This document shows positions 17,699 to 27,938 of a stretch of DNA of 64,000 bases, piece after piece (within the stretch, counting starts at the first letter, position 1; each line of letters opens with the position of its first letter). The notes below the pieces were generated by a model. It had not been told where the DNA came from and did not search any database. It saw only the letters and a list, made by a program, of their open reading frames with translations. Location: the NCBI RefSeq assembly GCF_964031785.1, contig NZ_CAXIRE010000014.1, forward strand, positions 59,927 through 123,926, read 5' to 3'. A program made the translations under genes and the position numbers. Source of the stretch: Rheinheimera texasensis (GTDB taxonomy: Bacteria > Pseudomonadota > Gammaproteobacteria > Enterobacterales > Alteromonadaceae).

Positions 17699-18862
17699 CT
17701 ATTCGGCGGGTGAAAAATTCGCCGCCGTGTAGCCGGGATGGGCTATTTGCCAGCGCTGCATTTCATAAAGACGCGAGACGGTGCGTTCAAAGGCAAAACT
17801 AAGCTGACTGGCCTGATACCAATGCTCCGGCGCGCTGTCGGCAGTGCAGAGCAGCAACACGCCACGCTCATAACATTCGTCGACCAGCGCAATCAGCCGG
17901 CGCGCTTCGTTGTCGAGTTTGCTGACAAACACCTCGCTGTGTTCACGCTGATAATTCTCTTCCACGCCATGCAAAATGGCAGTGGCGCTTTCGGGCAAAA
18001 ACTGCGGAATATTGGCCAGGGCAATAGCGCGGTATTGTCTGCCCTGATCTGGCTGGCACAGCGCCATGTAATCAAGCTGGCTGCGTGGCCCGCTGCAGAG
18101 CGCCATAAAGTCAAAGCCGATGACGTGTTGATTGCGCCATAAGGCCAGTATCGGCCTGTTGTGCACCAGCACCTGCTCGCAGGGTTCTACAGCACCAAAA
18201 TACTGCTGCGCCTGTTGCGCCAGCCAGTCGGCGGGCATGGCAATGCCGAGATAACGCCAGTCGCTGGCCTGCTGGCGGCGATAGTCGATGCCGGCATCCA
18301 GGCTCAGCACCTGACAATGTTGCTGCAGTACATCGATAAAAGGCAGGAACCGCGCGCGTTGCAGGCCGTTATTGTACAAATCCTGCGGCGCACAGTTGGA
18401 CGTTGCTACCAGCACCACACCTTGCGCAAACAGCTGGCGCCATAAAGTGGCCAGTAACATCGCATCACCAATGTCACTGACAAAAAACTCGTCAAAACAC
18501 AGCAGCTGATATTGTGCTGCCCAGCTGCGCGCGACCTGTACCAGCGGGTCCGGCTCCCCTTGCCGCTGGCGTAATTCCTGATGCACCGCCGCCATAAAAT
18601 GATGAAAGTGCAGCCGTAATTTACGCGGCGTGGCTGTCGTGTCGAAGAACCAGTCCATCAGCATGGTTTTACCACGGCCAACCGGGCCGTACAGGTAAAT
18701 CCCTGTGCTGGCCTGGTCCGCGGCTAATTGCTGTTGCAGCTGCGCCAGTGCATTAACCAGATGCTGCTGTGCCGCATCCGGCTGCAACTGGCCAGTGGCG
18801 ATGGCAGCCTGATAGCGTTGTTGCAGGCTATCAGGCCTTATGTTGTCGGTTAAAGCTGTCAC
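17699..18862 (-). CDS. ZapE/AFG1-family ATPase
   Basis: Walker A GPVGRGKT, RLHFHHFM, LCFDEFFVSDIGDAM, TSNCAP, FERTVSRLYEM. Confidence 0.88.
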   Translation of the reverse strand: MTALTDNIRPDSLQQRYQAAIATGQLQPDAAQQHLVNALAQLQQQLAADQASTGIYLYGPVGRGKTMLMDWFFDTTATPRKLRLHFHHFMAAVHQELRQRQGEPDPLVQVARSWAAQYQLLCFDEFFVSDIGDAMLLATLWRQLFAQGVVLVATSNCAPQDLYNNGLQRARFLPFIDVLQQHCQVLSLDAGIDYRRQQASDWRYLGIAMPADWLAQQAQQYFGAVEPCEQVLVHNRPILALWRNQHVIGFDFMALCSGPRSQLDYMALCQPDQGRQYRAIALANIPQFLPESATAILHGVEENYQREHSEVFVSKLDNEARRLIALVDECYERGVLLLCTADSAPEHWYQASQLSFAFERTVSRLYEMQRWQIAHPGYTAANFSPAE

Positions 18863-18886
18863 TGAATCAGCTGTTTATTCAGCTTT

Positions 18887-20917
18887 TTATTCACTGGAAC
18901 CTTTGCCAATATAACGCTCCAGCCACTGGCCAAATTCGTGGTACCAGTAAATCGAGTTTTGCGGTTTTAAGATCCAGTGATTTTCGTCCGGGAAATACAC
19001 CAGGCGTGCATCGACGCCTTTGCCTTTGAGCACACCATAAAGCGCTAAACCCTGAGTGACCGGCACGCGATAATCCTGTTCGCCATGAGTGATTAACATC
19101 GGTGTATTGAAGTTTTCCGCGAACATGGCCGGACTGGCTTTCAGCACATTGTCTTTATCTTTCCACGGTGAGCCGGCATAGGCATAAGTGCGCATTAAAG
19201 TACTGTCGGAGGCAAACTGCGCCATCAGATCATAAACACCGGCATGGTTAACCAGTGCTTTATATTTAGTGCTGTGGCCGGCTATCCAGCTGACCAGATA
19301 ACCGCCATAACTGCCACCGGCCGCTGCGACGCGGCTTTCGTCGATATAACCGCGGGAAGTCATGTAATCGATGGCGGCTTCGCTGTCAAAAAACGGCTTA
19401 GTCGCATGGTCGCCGTGAATGGACGCAGTGAACGCTTCGCCAAAACCGGTCGAACCGTGGAAGTTTGGCATAATCACCACATAGCCCATGGCGGCAAACA
19501 CTTGCGGGTGCCAGCGCGTACCAAAAGCGTCGTTAAAAGCACCATGTGGGCCGCCATGTAACAGGCTCAGCAGTGGCCAGCGTTTTTTCGCGTCAAAGTT
19601 GGGCGGGAAAATCACAAACATCTGGATCGGTTTGTTGTCCGAGCCCGGATACGTCATGTCTTCGACTTTGCCCCATTGGGTGTTTTGCTGCAGCGCCGTG
19701 TTGATCTGGCTGATCTGTTTTAAGGTGCGGCTTTTATTGTCGAGCAGGAAAATCTCCGGCAACTGACTGATGCCATGCTGTACCAGTGCAAATTGCGCTG
19801 GGCCTGCCACTTGTACTTGCTCATTAGTGGCCTGACGCAGCACTTGTTTCACCGGGCCGCCGGCGGCCGGCACGGAAAATAACGACACCCGCGCTTTGTC
19901 TTCGGCGAGGAAATACAACATCTGGCTGTCTTTGCTGAAGAACCACTGCTGTGGCGATAAATCGATATTGCCGGCCAGCACTGTGGCGGTTTTTGCGGCT
20001 AAATCAAACCGGGTCAGTTTGACGTTGTCATTGCCAAAATCGGTGCGTTTTTGTGCGCCGTACAGCAGGCTGCGGCCGTCCGGGCTGAATGCCGGTTTGC
20101 TGTCGTCGGCCGGATTGGCTTCGGTCAGATTCACTGCTTTACCACTGCCGTCGGTCGGCACTAAATACACGTCATAATTTAAGCTGTTGTAAGGCGGTTT
20201 ACTGCTGACAGCACTCAAGGCCAGCTGTTTGCCGTCTGGCGATAAATCAAATTCGACACCGCCGTCGAGGCTGGTCCATTGCGCCCAGCCCGGTGTCAGC
20301 GCCTGTACGTCGCCAGTTGCAATGTTGTAGGCGAAAAACTGGGTAACTTTGTCGTCGGTGAGGAAATGGTCCCAGTAGCGGTAAATGCGATTTTCGCTGA
20401 CTTTGGCCGAATGCAGTGGTTTTTTCTCATCTTTTAATAAGTTGAAATCACCGGCAAAACCTGCCGGCACTTCGGCACTGAACAGGATTTTTTTGCCATC
20501 CGGGAAAAACCGCGGATTACTGACGCTGACCGACAAATCAGTCAGCTGGCGGGCCTCACCACCGCCTAACGTCAGCAGTTGTAGCTGATTTTTTTCGCCA
20601 TCGCGTTTGGAAACAAACACCAGCTGACGGCCATCCGGGCTCCAGGCTGGCTGATTGTCGGCGGCCGGATGGAAGGTGAGCTGGGTTTGTCGGCCGGAAC
20701 CGAGTTCCAGCAGGTGTAAATCGGTATTGCTTTTGTTTTTCGCCAGATCATAGCGGTTCAGGCTAAAGACCGCGCGCTGACCGTCCGGCGATACCTGCAT
20801 GCCGGTTGGTTTTTGCACCTGATATAAATCAGTGGCGGTCAGTGGCGCGGCTGGCGCCGCCAATACGGCACTCGTAGACAGTGTGAATAACAGAGACAAA
20901 GACAAGGATAATTTCAT
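18887..20917 (-). CDS. Secreted S9-family (prolyl/dipeptidyl oligo)peptidase
   Basis: Signal peptide from ATG 20917, WSPDG/FSPDG propeller repeats, LHGGPH, GGSYGG nucleophile, DYRVP Asp, ENHW His. Confidence 0.92.
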   Translation of the reverse strand: MKLSLSLSLLFTLSTSAVLAAPAAPLTATDLYQVQKPTGMQVSPDGQRAVFSLNRYDLAKNKSNTDLHLLELGSGRQTQLTFHPAADNQPAWSPDGRQLVFVSKRDGEKNQLQLLTLGGGEARQLTDLSVSVSNPRFFPDGKKILFSAEVPAGFAGDFNLLKDEKKPLHSAKVSENRIYRYWDHFLTDDKVTQFFAYNIATGDVQALTPGWAQWTSLDGGVEFDLSPDGKQLALSAVSSKPPYNSLNYDVYLVPTDGSGKAVNLTEANPADDSKPAFSPDGRSLLYGAQKRTDFGNDNVKLTRFDLAAKTATVLAGNIDLSPQQWFFSKDSQMLYFLAEDKARVSLFSVPAAGGPVKQVLRQATNEQVQVAGPAQFALVQHGISQLPEIFLLDNKSRTLKQISQINTALQQNTQWGKVEDMTYPGSDNKPIQMFVIFPPNFDAKKRWPLLSLLHGGPHGAFNDAFGTRWHPQVFAAMGYVVIMPNFHGSTGFGEAFTASIHGDHATKPFFDSEAAIDYMTSRGYIDESRVAAAGGSYGGYLVSWIAGHSTKYKALVNHAGVYDLMAQFASDSTLMRTYAYAGSPWKDKDNVLKASPAMFAENFNTPMLITHGEQDYRVPVTQGLALYGVLKGKGVDARLVYFPDENHWILKPQNSIYWYHEFGQWLERYIGKGSSE

Positions 20918-21040
20918 ACAGGTTGTCCTGACAGAAGGAAACACAATGCCGGCTAGCATAGGGCAAGCGCGGGCTGGCAGGCAACCAGGTGTTGGTTCAG
21001 ACCCGACAGTCGGCGGCGCCAGCCTGACCAATGGCAAGTG

Positions 21041-21889
21041 TCATTGAGTAGGCTGGGCAACAGCAGCTGCGGGGGCTGTTTGCAGATAAGACATCGATAA
21101 ATAACGCTGATAAATCTCAGTGCCTTTATTGGCCTGCAACTGCTGCCACAAGGCGTCAGCGCTGGCGCGCTGCTGTTGGTAAAATTGCCGGCTGAACAGC
21201 AGATAACCGACATTTGAGTGCAAAGCCGGCGTCAGTACTTTCAGGCCTCGCTGCAGAATATTTGGCGACACTACGGATTGGCCGGCGATGTTACACAAAG
21301 TCGTGACCGCATGGACCCGTCCGGCCTGCAGCAGTTCTAAATCCATAGTGCCGGATAAGGTGTAGTGCATCAGCACTTGTTTTGGCCCAGGTACCAGCAG
21401 CGGCGCATAACCCAGCGGTCTTGCCACCACCAGACTATCGATACCGCTGACTTCATGGCCATTCCAGCGCCAGCTGCTGCCGACTTTTTGTACCAGGCAG
21501 GTTTGGTGTTCACTAAACGCACGGTGTGGATCAGGCTGGTTGTTCAGCATCGGATAGACGCCAATGTCTTCACGTTCGGGTCTGTAGCTGGCAACGACGG
21601 CGTCGGTTTCGCCTTGGTGCAGTTTGGCGAGGCACCGTTTCCATGGCCGGCGTTCCAGCTGCAGTCGGATACCAGACATTTTGCTGACCAGCAGCTGTAA
21701 GTGTTCGATCGTCGCGCCCGGATTGTCTTTAGGGACCAGCGCGCCCTGGCCGCGGTAATAAGGTTCGAGTGGTTTATCTTCGTAGCAAAACCGCAATACC
21801 ACTGCATTGGTGGCTGTTGTGTCATCTGCCAGCACGTCTATGGCAGTCAGGCTACAAAGCAGGCTCAACACAATTTTTATTCGCAGCAC
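21041..21889 (-). CDS. Orphan periplasmic solute-binding protein (family 3-like)
   Basis: Signal peptide, PWKRCL..L..GE.DA, GYLLFS; no permease or ATPase adjacent. Confidence 0.7.
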   Translation of the reverse strand: MLRIKIVLSLLCSLTAIDVLADDTTATNAVVLRFCYEDKPLEPYYRGQGALVPKDNPGATIEHLQLLVSKMSGIRLQLERRPWKRCLAKLHQGETDAVVASYRPEREDIGVYPMLNNQPDPHRAFSEHQTCLVQKVGSSWRWNGHEVSGIDSLVVARPLGYAPLLVPGPKQVLMHYTLSGTMDLELLQAGRVHAVTTLCNIAGQSVVSPNILQRGLKVLTPALHSNVGYLLFSRQFYQQQRASADALWQQLQANKGTEIYQRYLSMSYLQTAPAAAVAQPTQ

Positions 21890-21944
21890 GGCAGTTCATC
21901 CATCACGGTCGTGGTTGCAGTATCGCACAGATTTCACACAGAAG

Positions 21945-21980
21945 AAAAAACCGGGCAAAGAGGCATGACTTTGCCACGGT
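21945..21980 (-). terminator. Terminator of the permease-esterase operon
   Basis: Minus strand ACCG(T)GGCAAAG-TCATGCCT-CTTTGCCCGGT followed by T run. Confidence 0.7.
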
Positions 21981-22042
21981 GGGCCCACGCAACACGCCTC
22001 AAATAGCGGCGCCGGGGCAGACAGGACAGGGAAGCAAAAGGT

Positions 22043-23269
22043 TCATTTCTGCGGTTGTTGTAAAAAGGCCTTTAACTCAGGCGCTATCGTCTGAATATTC
22101 AATAATCCATCTAAGTGGCCCATCTGGCCGGGGATCTGCGACAGCTGGTTGGCTGTGCTGCGGGCGCCGTTAGTATCCAGCGCTTGCTGGCTTTGCTGCG
22201 CCATCAAAGGTGTCAGCAATAAGTCGCCCGCCGCTGGCAACCACAGTACCGGCGCTTTGATGTTTTTGATGGCTTGTTGCCAGTTGTCGCCCATGCCGGC
22301 ACGCCATAACTGCGAAGCGCGCACCAGATACAGCAAATGATTGGCGTCCTGCAGCGCGGCGCGCTGAGTGGCGACTGCCAGTAATTGATCAAGCGCAGTG
22401 AAACTGGCGCGGATATCCTGATGGGCGGCTTTGTCCAAGCGTAAATCCGGGTACTTCTGGTTAAAACCGGCTGGATTTAACGCATCTAAAGTCACCCAGG
22501 CCAGCGCCATGGCAAGCCCTGCAGTGGGTTGTTGCGGTTTGTCGTAATAATCGCCTTGTTGCCAGTGCGGATCGGCTTTAATCGGATAAGCCCAACGTTC
22601 TAACTTGATGGCGCTGTAAGCATCGATATAAGCAGTACCGATCACCGGCACCAGCCGCTGCACCCGCTCTGGGTAACGCTGCGCCCATTCAATCGCCTGA
22701 AAAGAACCCATCGAAGCACCGACTACTGCGTGTAGCTTGTTGATGCCAAGACTGTCTAACAATGCTTTTTGCACTTCAACAAAATCGGTGATGGTCACCA
22801 CCGGAAAGCTCAGGCCATATCTTTTACCTGTCGCCGGATTGATGCTGGCAGGGCCTGTGGTGATGACATGTGGATCATTGGCATTGGCATTGGCATTGAC
22901 CAATGTATCAACGCTAACCACATAAAACTGATTGGTATCAATGGCTTTGCCAGGACCAATGATGGCATCCCAATAACCGGGCGCTGCGTCTGTCGCCTGA
23001 TAACGGCCGGCTGCATGTGAAGTGCCGGAAAAATAATGCGTAATTAAAATCACATTCGATTTGTCAGTATTCAGCTTGCCATAGGCTTCCCAGCCGACTT
23101 GCACTTGCTTTAACTGCGCGCCGTTTTGCGTGATAAAAGTTGGCAGTTCAAAGCGCTGTTTTTGCACCAGCGGCAGTTCGGCGGCCTGACTGGCGGCAGC
23201 GCACAGCAGGCCCAACACCAGACTCGATAAAAACCAGCCGTATTTGATGAAATGTCGCATGCGAAACAA
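22043..23269 (-). CDS. Exported MetX(HTA)-fold alpha/beta hydrolase (E22-like esterase)
   Basis: Signal peptide ending ASQA, LITHYFSGTSHAAG, GYWD..IGPGKAIDT, GASMG Ser, GDLL Asp, GHLDG His. Confidence 0.85.
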   Translation of the reverse strand: MFRMRHFIKYGWFLSSLVLGLLCAAASQAAELPLVQKQRFELPTFITQNGAQLKQVQVGWEAYGKLNTDKSNVILITHYFSGTSHAAGRYQATDAAPGYWDAIIGPGKAIDTNQFYVVSVDTLVNANANANDPHVITTGPASINPATGKRYGLSFPVVTITDFVEVQKALLDSLGINKLHAVVGASMGSFQAIEWAQRYPERVQRLVPVIGTAYIDAYSAIKLERWAYPIKADPHWQQGDYYDKPQQPTAGLAMALAWVTLDALNPAGFNQKYPDLRLDKAAHQDIRASFTALDQLLAVATQRAALQDANHLLYLVRASQLWRAGMGDNWQQAIKNIKAPVLWLPAAGDLLLTPLMAQQSQQALDTNGARSTANQLSQIPGQMGHLDGLLNIQTIAPELKAFLQQPQK

Positions 23270-23286
23270 TCCTGTTTAAAAACCGG

Positions 23287-24588
23287 TTAAAACCACTGAA
23301 ACATTAAAATCGCCAGGCCAGTCCCGAGCGCCGGCACTACCACTGTCACTGCCGCGACGGGCCAATAAGCCTGCTGGTGACTTTCGCCACAAATGGCCCG
23401 GATGGTGGTGACCACATAACCGTTATGCGGCAGTGAATCCAAAGCACCGGATGAAATCGCCACCACACGGTGTAACTCTTCCGCGTCGACCCCCCGGTCC
23501 AGATAGACAGGCGCCAGTTCCGGCAGCGCAATGGCCTGACCGCCGGAGGCAGAGCCGGTAAGGCCAGCAATAGCACTGACCGCGACCGCAGCACCCAAGA
23601 GTTCTGGCCCAGGCAGATGGGTCATGGTTTGAACTATGTCGTTAAACGCAGGTGTTAGCTTGGCGACAGCACCAAAACCCACCACAGCCGCCGTGTTGCC
23701 GATGGCCAGCAGAGAGCCCAACACGCCTTCGTTAATGGCTTTATCCAGGCTTTGAATAAAACGCCGGTTCAGCACATACAGCGCCAGCACGCCGCCGCTC
23801 AGCGCTACGATGAGCGCCGCCTGCTGCAGACTATGATGCAGCCAGTTCGATAAACCCAGCACCACCAACAGCGGAATCAGGCCCATTAACGGATGCGGTA
23901 ACTTGCGGTCAGTCAGCTGCGGGTCGCTGTCGCGGCCAATAAAGACTTCACCTTGCGCCACGGCTTTGCGAATCATCTGACTTAACCAGGCATAACCAAA
24001 AGCGGCCATAAAAATCGCCACCACAATACTGACTTCCCAGCCGGCATAAGGCGAAGTGTGCAGATATTGAATAGGGATCCAGTTCTGGATTTCCGGCGAG
24101 CCGGCGGAAGTCATGGTAAAGGTTACTGAACCCAAACCCAGCGCGGCCGGAATAAAACGGCGCGGTAAGTTGGCGTCTTTAAACAAACTGACCGCCATCG
24201 GGTAGGCCGAAAACGCCACGACAAACACCGAGACACCACCATAGGTCAACACGGCACAAGCCAGCACCACAGCGGCAACGGCGTGCGCCCTGCCCAGTTT
24301 TTGCACAATCCATAAAGCGACAGCATCGGCGGCGCCGCTGTGTTCCATCAGTTTGCCGAACAGCGAACCTAACAAAAACATCAGAAACCAGGCGGCGACA
24401 AAACCGGAAAAACCGTTCATGTAAGCGTGGATAAAATCGGTATTACCACTGGCTTGCCAAAACGGAATACCGTTAGTGACAGCGACAAACAAGGCGCACA
24501 AAGGCGCCAAAATAAACAGGTTCAGCCCGCGCATCGTCAGCCAAATCAGCAGGCAGAGCCCGAGCAACAAGCCGGTTAAACTCAGCAT
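23287..24588 (-). CDS. GntP-family H+/monocarboxylate permease
   Basis: About 12 TM segments, GSLFGKLMEHSGAA, LTYGGVS.FVV.F, AGLTGSASGG, LDSLPHNG. Confidence 0.88.
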   Translation of the reverse strand: MLSLTGLLLGLCLLIWLTMRGLNLFILAPLCALFVAVTNGIPFWQASGNTDFIHAYMNGFSGFVAAWFLMFLLGSLFGKLMEHSGAADAVALWIVQKLGRAHAVAAVVLACAVLTYGGVSVFVVAFSAYPMAVSLFKDANLPRRFIPAALGLGSVTFTMTSAGSPEIQNWIPIQYLHTSPYAGWEVSIVVAIFMAAFGYAWLSQMIRKAVAQGEVFIGRDSDPQLTDRKLPHPLMGLIPLLVVLGLSNWLHHSLQQAALIVALSGGVLALYVLNRRFIQSLDKAINEGVLGSLLAIGNTAAVVGFGAVAKLTPAFNDIVQTMTHLPGPELLGAAVAVSAIAGLTGSASGGQAIALPELAPVYLDRGVDAEELHRVVAISSGALDSLPHNGYVVTTIRAICGESHQQAYWPVAAVTVVVPALGTGLAILMFQWF

Positions 24589-24616
24589 AAAAAAGTCCTT
24601 GCTTCGGTTTTTTCTG

Positions 24617-24690
24617 AGTCTGAGCCATCAGGCAGCGTATCTCTATAGTACTAAGGTACAGATTAACATTTCATCAGTTCAGCCTAAAGT
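24617..24690. promoter_or_regulatory. Back-to-back promoters sharing a central activator-type palindrome
   Basis: GTAC-TAAG-GTAC (24648-24659); 25 nt from it on each side lie -10-like hexamers CAGACT (minus, 24622-24617) and TAAAGT (plus, 24685-24690). Confidence 0.65.
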
Positions 24691-24858
24691 AAGGCTATCA
24701 GTCTGAGCGTTTTGTCACTGATTTGCCTGTGCCCCGATTTTTATGACAGCGGGTATTAAGCGGGTTAGTATCACAGCGAAACGCCCGGAGCAACTATAAC
24801 AAGTAACTGAAATAATTCAGAAAGATAAGTGATAGCCGAGATCAGCAGGAGATGCCCG

Positions 24859-27096
24859 ATGGCCCAGAATAACTATAAATTAAACCGTACCACTGACAAT
24901 TCGTTTAAACCGGCGCTGTTGGCGCTGACCATCAGCGCTGTGCTGGCAGGCCCTGTGTATGCACAGGATGCGGCAGCTGGCAAAGATGTCAAAAAAGAAG
25001 AAGCAGCACTGGAAGTGATCCAGGTCACGGCGCGACGCACTGCAGAAAACCTGCAATCGGTGCCGGTGGCGGTGACGTCGATTGGCGCCGAAGATTTAAA
25101 ACAAAAAGGTATCGAAAACCTGACGGCGATTCAACAGCAATCACCGAATACTACGCTGCAGGTGTCGCGCGGCACTAACAGCACTTTAACCGCCTATATT
25201 CGCGGTATTGGTCAGCAAGATCCGCTGTGGGGTTTTGAGCCTGGCGTCGGCATCTACATTGATGATGTGTACATGGCGCGTCCACAAGGCGCGGCAATGG
25301 ATATCTATGATGTCGAGCGCATTGAAGTATTACGCGGCCCGCAAGGTACTTTATACGGCCGTAACACTATCGGTGGCGCGGTGAAATATGTCACTAAGCC
25401 TTTGAGCGGTGAAGACGAGTTTGCTATTCGCGGCACTGTCGGCAGCTACCATCAGCGCGACTTAAAACTGTCTGGCCAGAAAGCCATTACTGACAAGCTG
25501 TCCATCGGTGGAGCCGGCGCATTTTACGACCGTGATGGTTTTGGTAAATACCTCAATACCGGCGCAGAAAACTACAACAAAGACATCATCACTGGTCGTT
25601 TCAGTGCGCAGTATCAGGCGCTGGACAATCTTCGTTTTAACTTTGCCTACGACAAAACCAAAGATGATTCCAATTCCAAAGGCGGCCACCGCTTAACGCC
25701 GAGTTTACTGACCAAAGAAACGCCGCCGTCGAATGTCTACGACTCCAACACCAGTATGCCGGCCACTAACATGGTCCGTACCGAAGGCCACTCACTGACA
25801 ATGGCCTGGGATATCAATGCCGACTGGACGATGAAAGCCATCACTGCCAAGCGTGAAGGCGTCACCGATACCAACATCGACTTTGACTCGACCAAACTGC
25901 CTTCGCTCGATGTGCCGGCGTTTTATGAAGATGAACAAACTTCACACGAATTGCAGTTCCTGTATAACAGTGGCCCGTTGAAGTTTGCGTCAGGCCTGTA
26001 TTCGTTTGAAGGCGACGCCTGTGGTGCCTTTGGTACTGTGCTGGTGTCTGGCCTTGGCGTGACCATCGAAAACGGTGGCTGTGTGCAAACGGATTCTTTT
26101 GCCGGTTATGCGCAGGGTACTTATCAGCTGAATGACCAGTGGTCGTTCACTTTGGGTGGTCGGTATACCGAAGACGACAAAGACGCCAACGTGTATCGTT
26201 ATGTGTATCTTGGCTACAAACTGCCACGCAATACCGCGACCAAAATCGGCACCCAGTCGGATTTTAAAGGCAGTGAAAGTTTCAGCCATTTCTCGCCACG
26301 TGTTGGTTTTGAATATCAGGCCAATGACAGCATGATGGTGTATGGCTCTTATACTGACGGCTTTAAATCCGGTGGTTTTGATATGCGTGGTAACCAGTCG
26401 GTCAACCCAAATGCCGGCGATCCGTACCAGCCAGAAACGGTCGATACTTATGAGCTGGGTCTGAAAAGCGAATGGCTGGACCGCCGGCTGCGTTTAAATG
26501 CCGCAGTGTTTGCCTCAGCTTATGATGATATGCAAGTGACAGTGCAACGTGCGGTGAATAACACTGTGGCATCACAAGTACTGAACGCCGCCAGCGCTGA
26601 TATCAATGGTATTGAGCTGGAAGCCACGGCGGTGGCCAGCGATGCCCTGCAATTTAACCTGATTGTTGGTTATACCGACGCCAAGTTTAACGAAGTGCTG
26701 TTTTATGATGCCGTGACTAAAACCACGTCAGACGTGTCTGGGTTATGGTCCTTTGCCAACACGCCAGAACTGACCGCGACTTTAGGCGGCAAATACACAG
26801 TGGCGATGTATGGCGGCGAACTGGTGCTGAATGCGAACTTGTCCCACCGCAGCGAAACGCAGATTTTTGAGCTGCCATCGATGCTGGACTACGGCGGTTA
26901 CACGTTGTTTAACGCCGGCGCCACCTGGTATTCCGCTGATGGCCACTGGGACGTGTCACTGCAGGGCCGTAACTTAGGCGATAAGATCACCCGCATCGCC
27001 GGTTACAACTTCCCGCTGCTGGCGGCCGAACAAACCATCACGGCCTATTATGGTGACCCAAGAACAGTGAGTTTGTCACTGGGTTACCGGTTCTGA
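24859..27096 (+). CDS. TonB-dependent receptor
   Basis: AGGAG RBS, signal peptide, TonB box EVIQVTARR, RIEVLRGPQGTLYGRNTIGGA, terminal GYRF. Confidence 0.95.
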   Translation: MAQNNYKLNRTTDNSFKPALLALTISAVLAGPVYAQDAAAGKDVKKEEAALEVIQVTARRTAENLQSVPVAVTSIGAEDLKQKGIENLTAIQQQSPNTTLQVSRGTNSTLTAYIRGIGQQDPLWGFEPGVGIYIDDVYMARPQGAAMDIYDVERIEVLRGPQGTLYGRNTIGGAVKYVTKPLSGEDEFAIRGTVGSYHQRDLKLSGQKAITDKLSIGGAGAFYDRDGFGKYLNTGAENYNKDIITGRFSAQYQALDNLRFNFAYDKTKDDSNSKGGHRLTPSLLTKETPPSNVYDSNTSMPATNMVRTEGHSLTMAWDINADWTMKAITAKREGVTDTNIDFDSTKLPSLDVPAFYEDEQTSHELQFLYNSGPLKFASGLYSFEGDACGAFGTVLVSGLGVTIENGGCVQTDSFAGYAQGTYQLNDQWSFTLGGRYTEDDKDANVYRYVYLGYKLPRNTATKIGTQSDFKGSESFSHFSPRVGFEYQANDSMMVYGSYTDGFKSGGFDMRGNQSVNPNAGDPYQPETVDTYELGLKSEWLDRRLRLNAAVFASAYDDMQVTVQRAVNNTVASQVLNAASADINGIELEATAVASDALQFNLIVGYTDAKFNEVLFYDAVTKTTSDVSGLWSFANTPELTATLGGKYTVAMYGGELVLNANLSHRSETQIFELPSMLDYGGYTLFNAGATWYSADGHWDVSLQGRNLGDKITRIAGYNFPLLAAEQTITAYYGDPRTVSLSLGYRF

Positions 27097-27250
27097 TGAC
27101 TAGTTAAAGAAGAAGAGTTGCTGGCGCGGGGCTGTTCAGGCGCTGTGCCTGCCAACTGCGCGACGCCATCAAAGCCGGTGTGAGTGTAATGCTTGCACCG
27201 GCTTGTCTGCTCCCGCATCATGGTTGTTCTGCTGTCTGGACCTGTGACTT

Positions 27251-27898
27251 ATGATTGCCATTATTGCTGATGACCACCCGTTATTCCGTATTGCTTTATC
27301 GCAGGCACTGCAGACGATTCTTGGCCTTGAGGCCAGCCTGTATCAGGCGCACAGCATGGCGCAGTTGTGGCCTTTATTGCGCGAACATCCGGATACCCAA
27401 TTAATTCTGCTCGATCTGAAATTGCCGGATGCTGAAGGTTTTGCCGGTTTAACCGCGCTGCGTACTGAATATCCGGATATTTCTATTCTGATGGTGTCGG
27501 CGATTGAAGACCCGGCCGTGATTAAACAAGCGTTGCAATTAGGCGCTGCCGCTTATCTGCCCAAATCGGCGCCGCTGGACGTGTTAACCGAAGCGGTGGA
27601 CGCTGTGCTGGCGGGGGACACCTGGTTGCCGGCGGATTTACAACAAAGTGTGGCGCAGGCGCAGGATTTGATTGACGCCGAATTTGCCGGGCGGCTCGAG
27701 CAGCTGACGCCGCAACAATTTCGTGTGTTAAAAATGATTGCCGATGGTTTGCTGAATAAACAAATCGCTTATGAAATGAATGTGCAGGAAACCACCGTCA
27801 AGCAGCATGTGTCGGCGATTTTGCGCAAACTCAATGTCAATAATCGTACCCTGGCCGGGATCTTATTTGAAAAACTGAAACTTCCGGATACCCTGTAG
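27251..27898 (+). CDS. NarL/LuxR-family response regulator, CrbR/ErdR-like
   Basis: ADDHPLFR, LLDL phosphoacceptor, PKS; HTH LTPQQFRVL.MIADGLLNKQIAYE..V.ETTVK.HVSAILRKL. Confidence 0.9.
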   Translation: MIAIIADDHPLFRIALSQALQTILGLEASLYQAHSMAQLWPLLREHPDTQLILLDLKLPDAEGFAGLTALRTEYPDISILMVSAIEDPAVIKQALQLGAAAYLPKSAPLDVLTEAVDAVLAGDTWLPADLQQSVAQAQDLIDAEFAGRLEQLTPQQFRVLKMIADGLLNKQIAYEMNVQETTVKQHVSAILRKLNVNNRTLAGILFEKLKLPDTL

Positions 27899-27938
27899 CC
27901 TCTAACTGCCAGTCTTGAGTCTTCCGGGAGAGCGCCAG

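Noticed and set aside
24681-24696. AGCCT-AAAGTA-AGGCT dyad as another activator site
   Set aside because: Better explained as flanking the TAAAGT -10 element; no -10 at the expected offset downstream.
24743-24757. ATGACAGCGG NagR-like half-site in the 3HB TBDR leader
   Set aside because: Right arm (GTATT) lacks GTCAT; probably chance.
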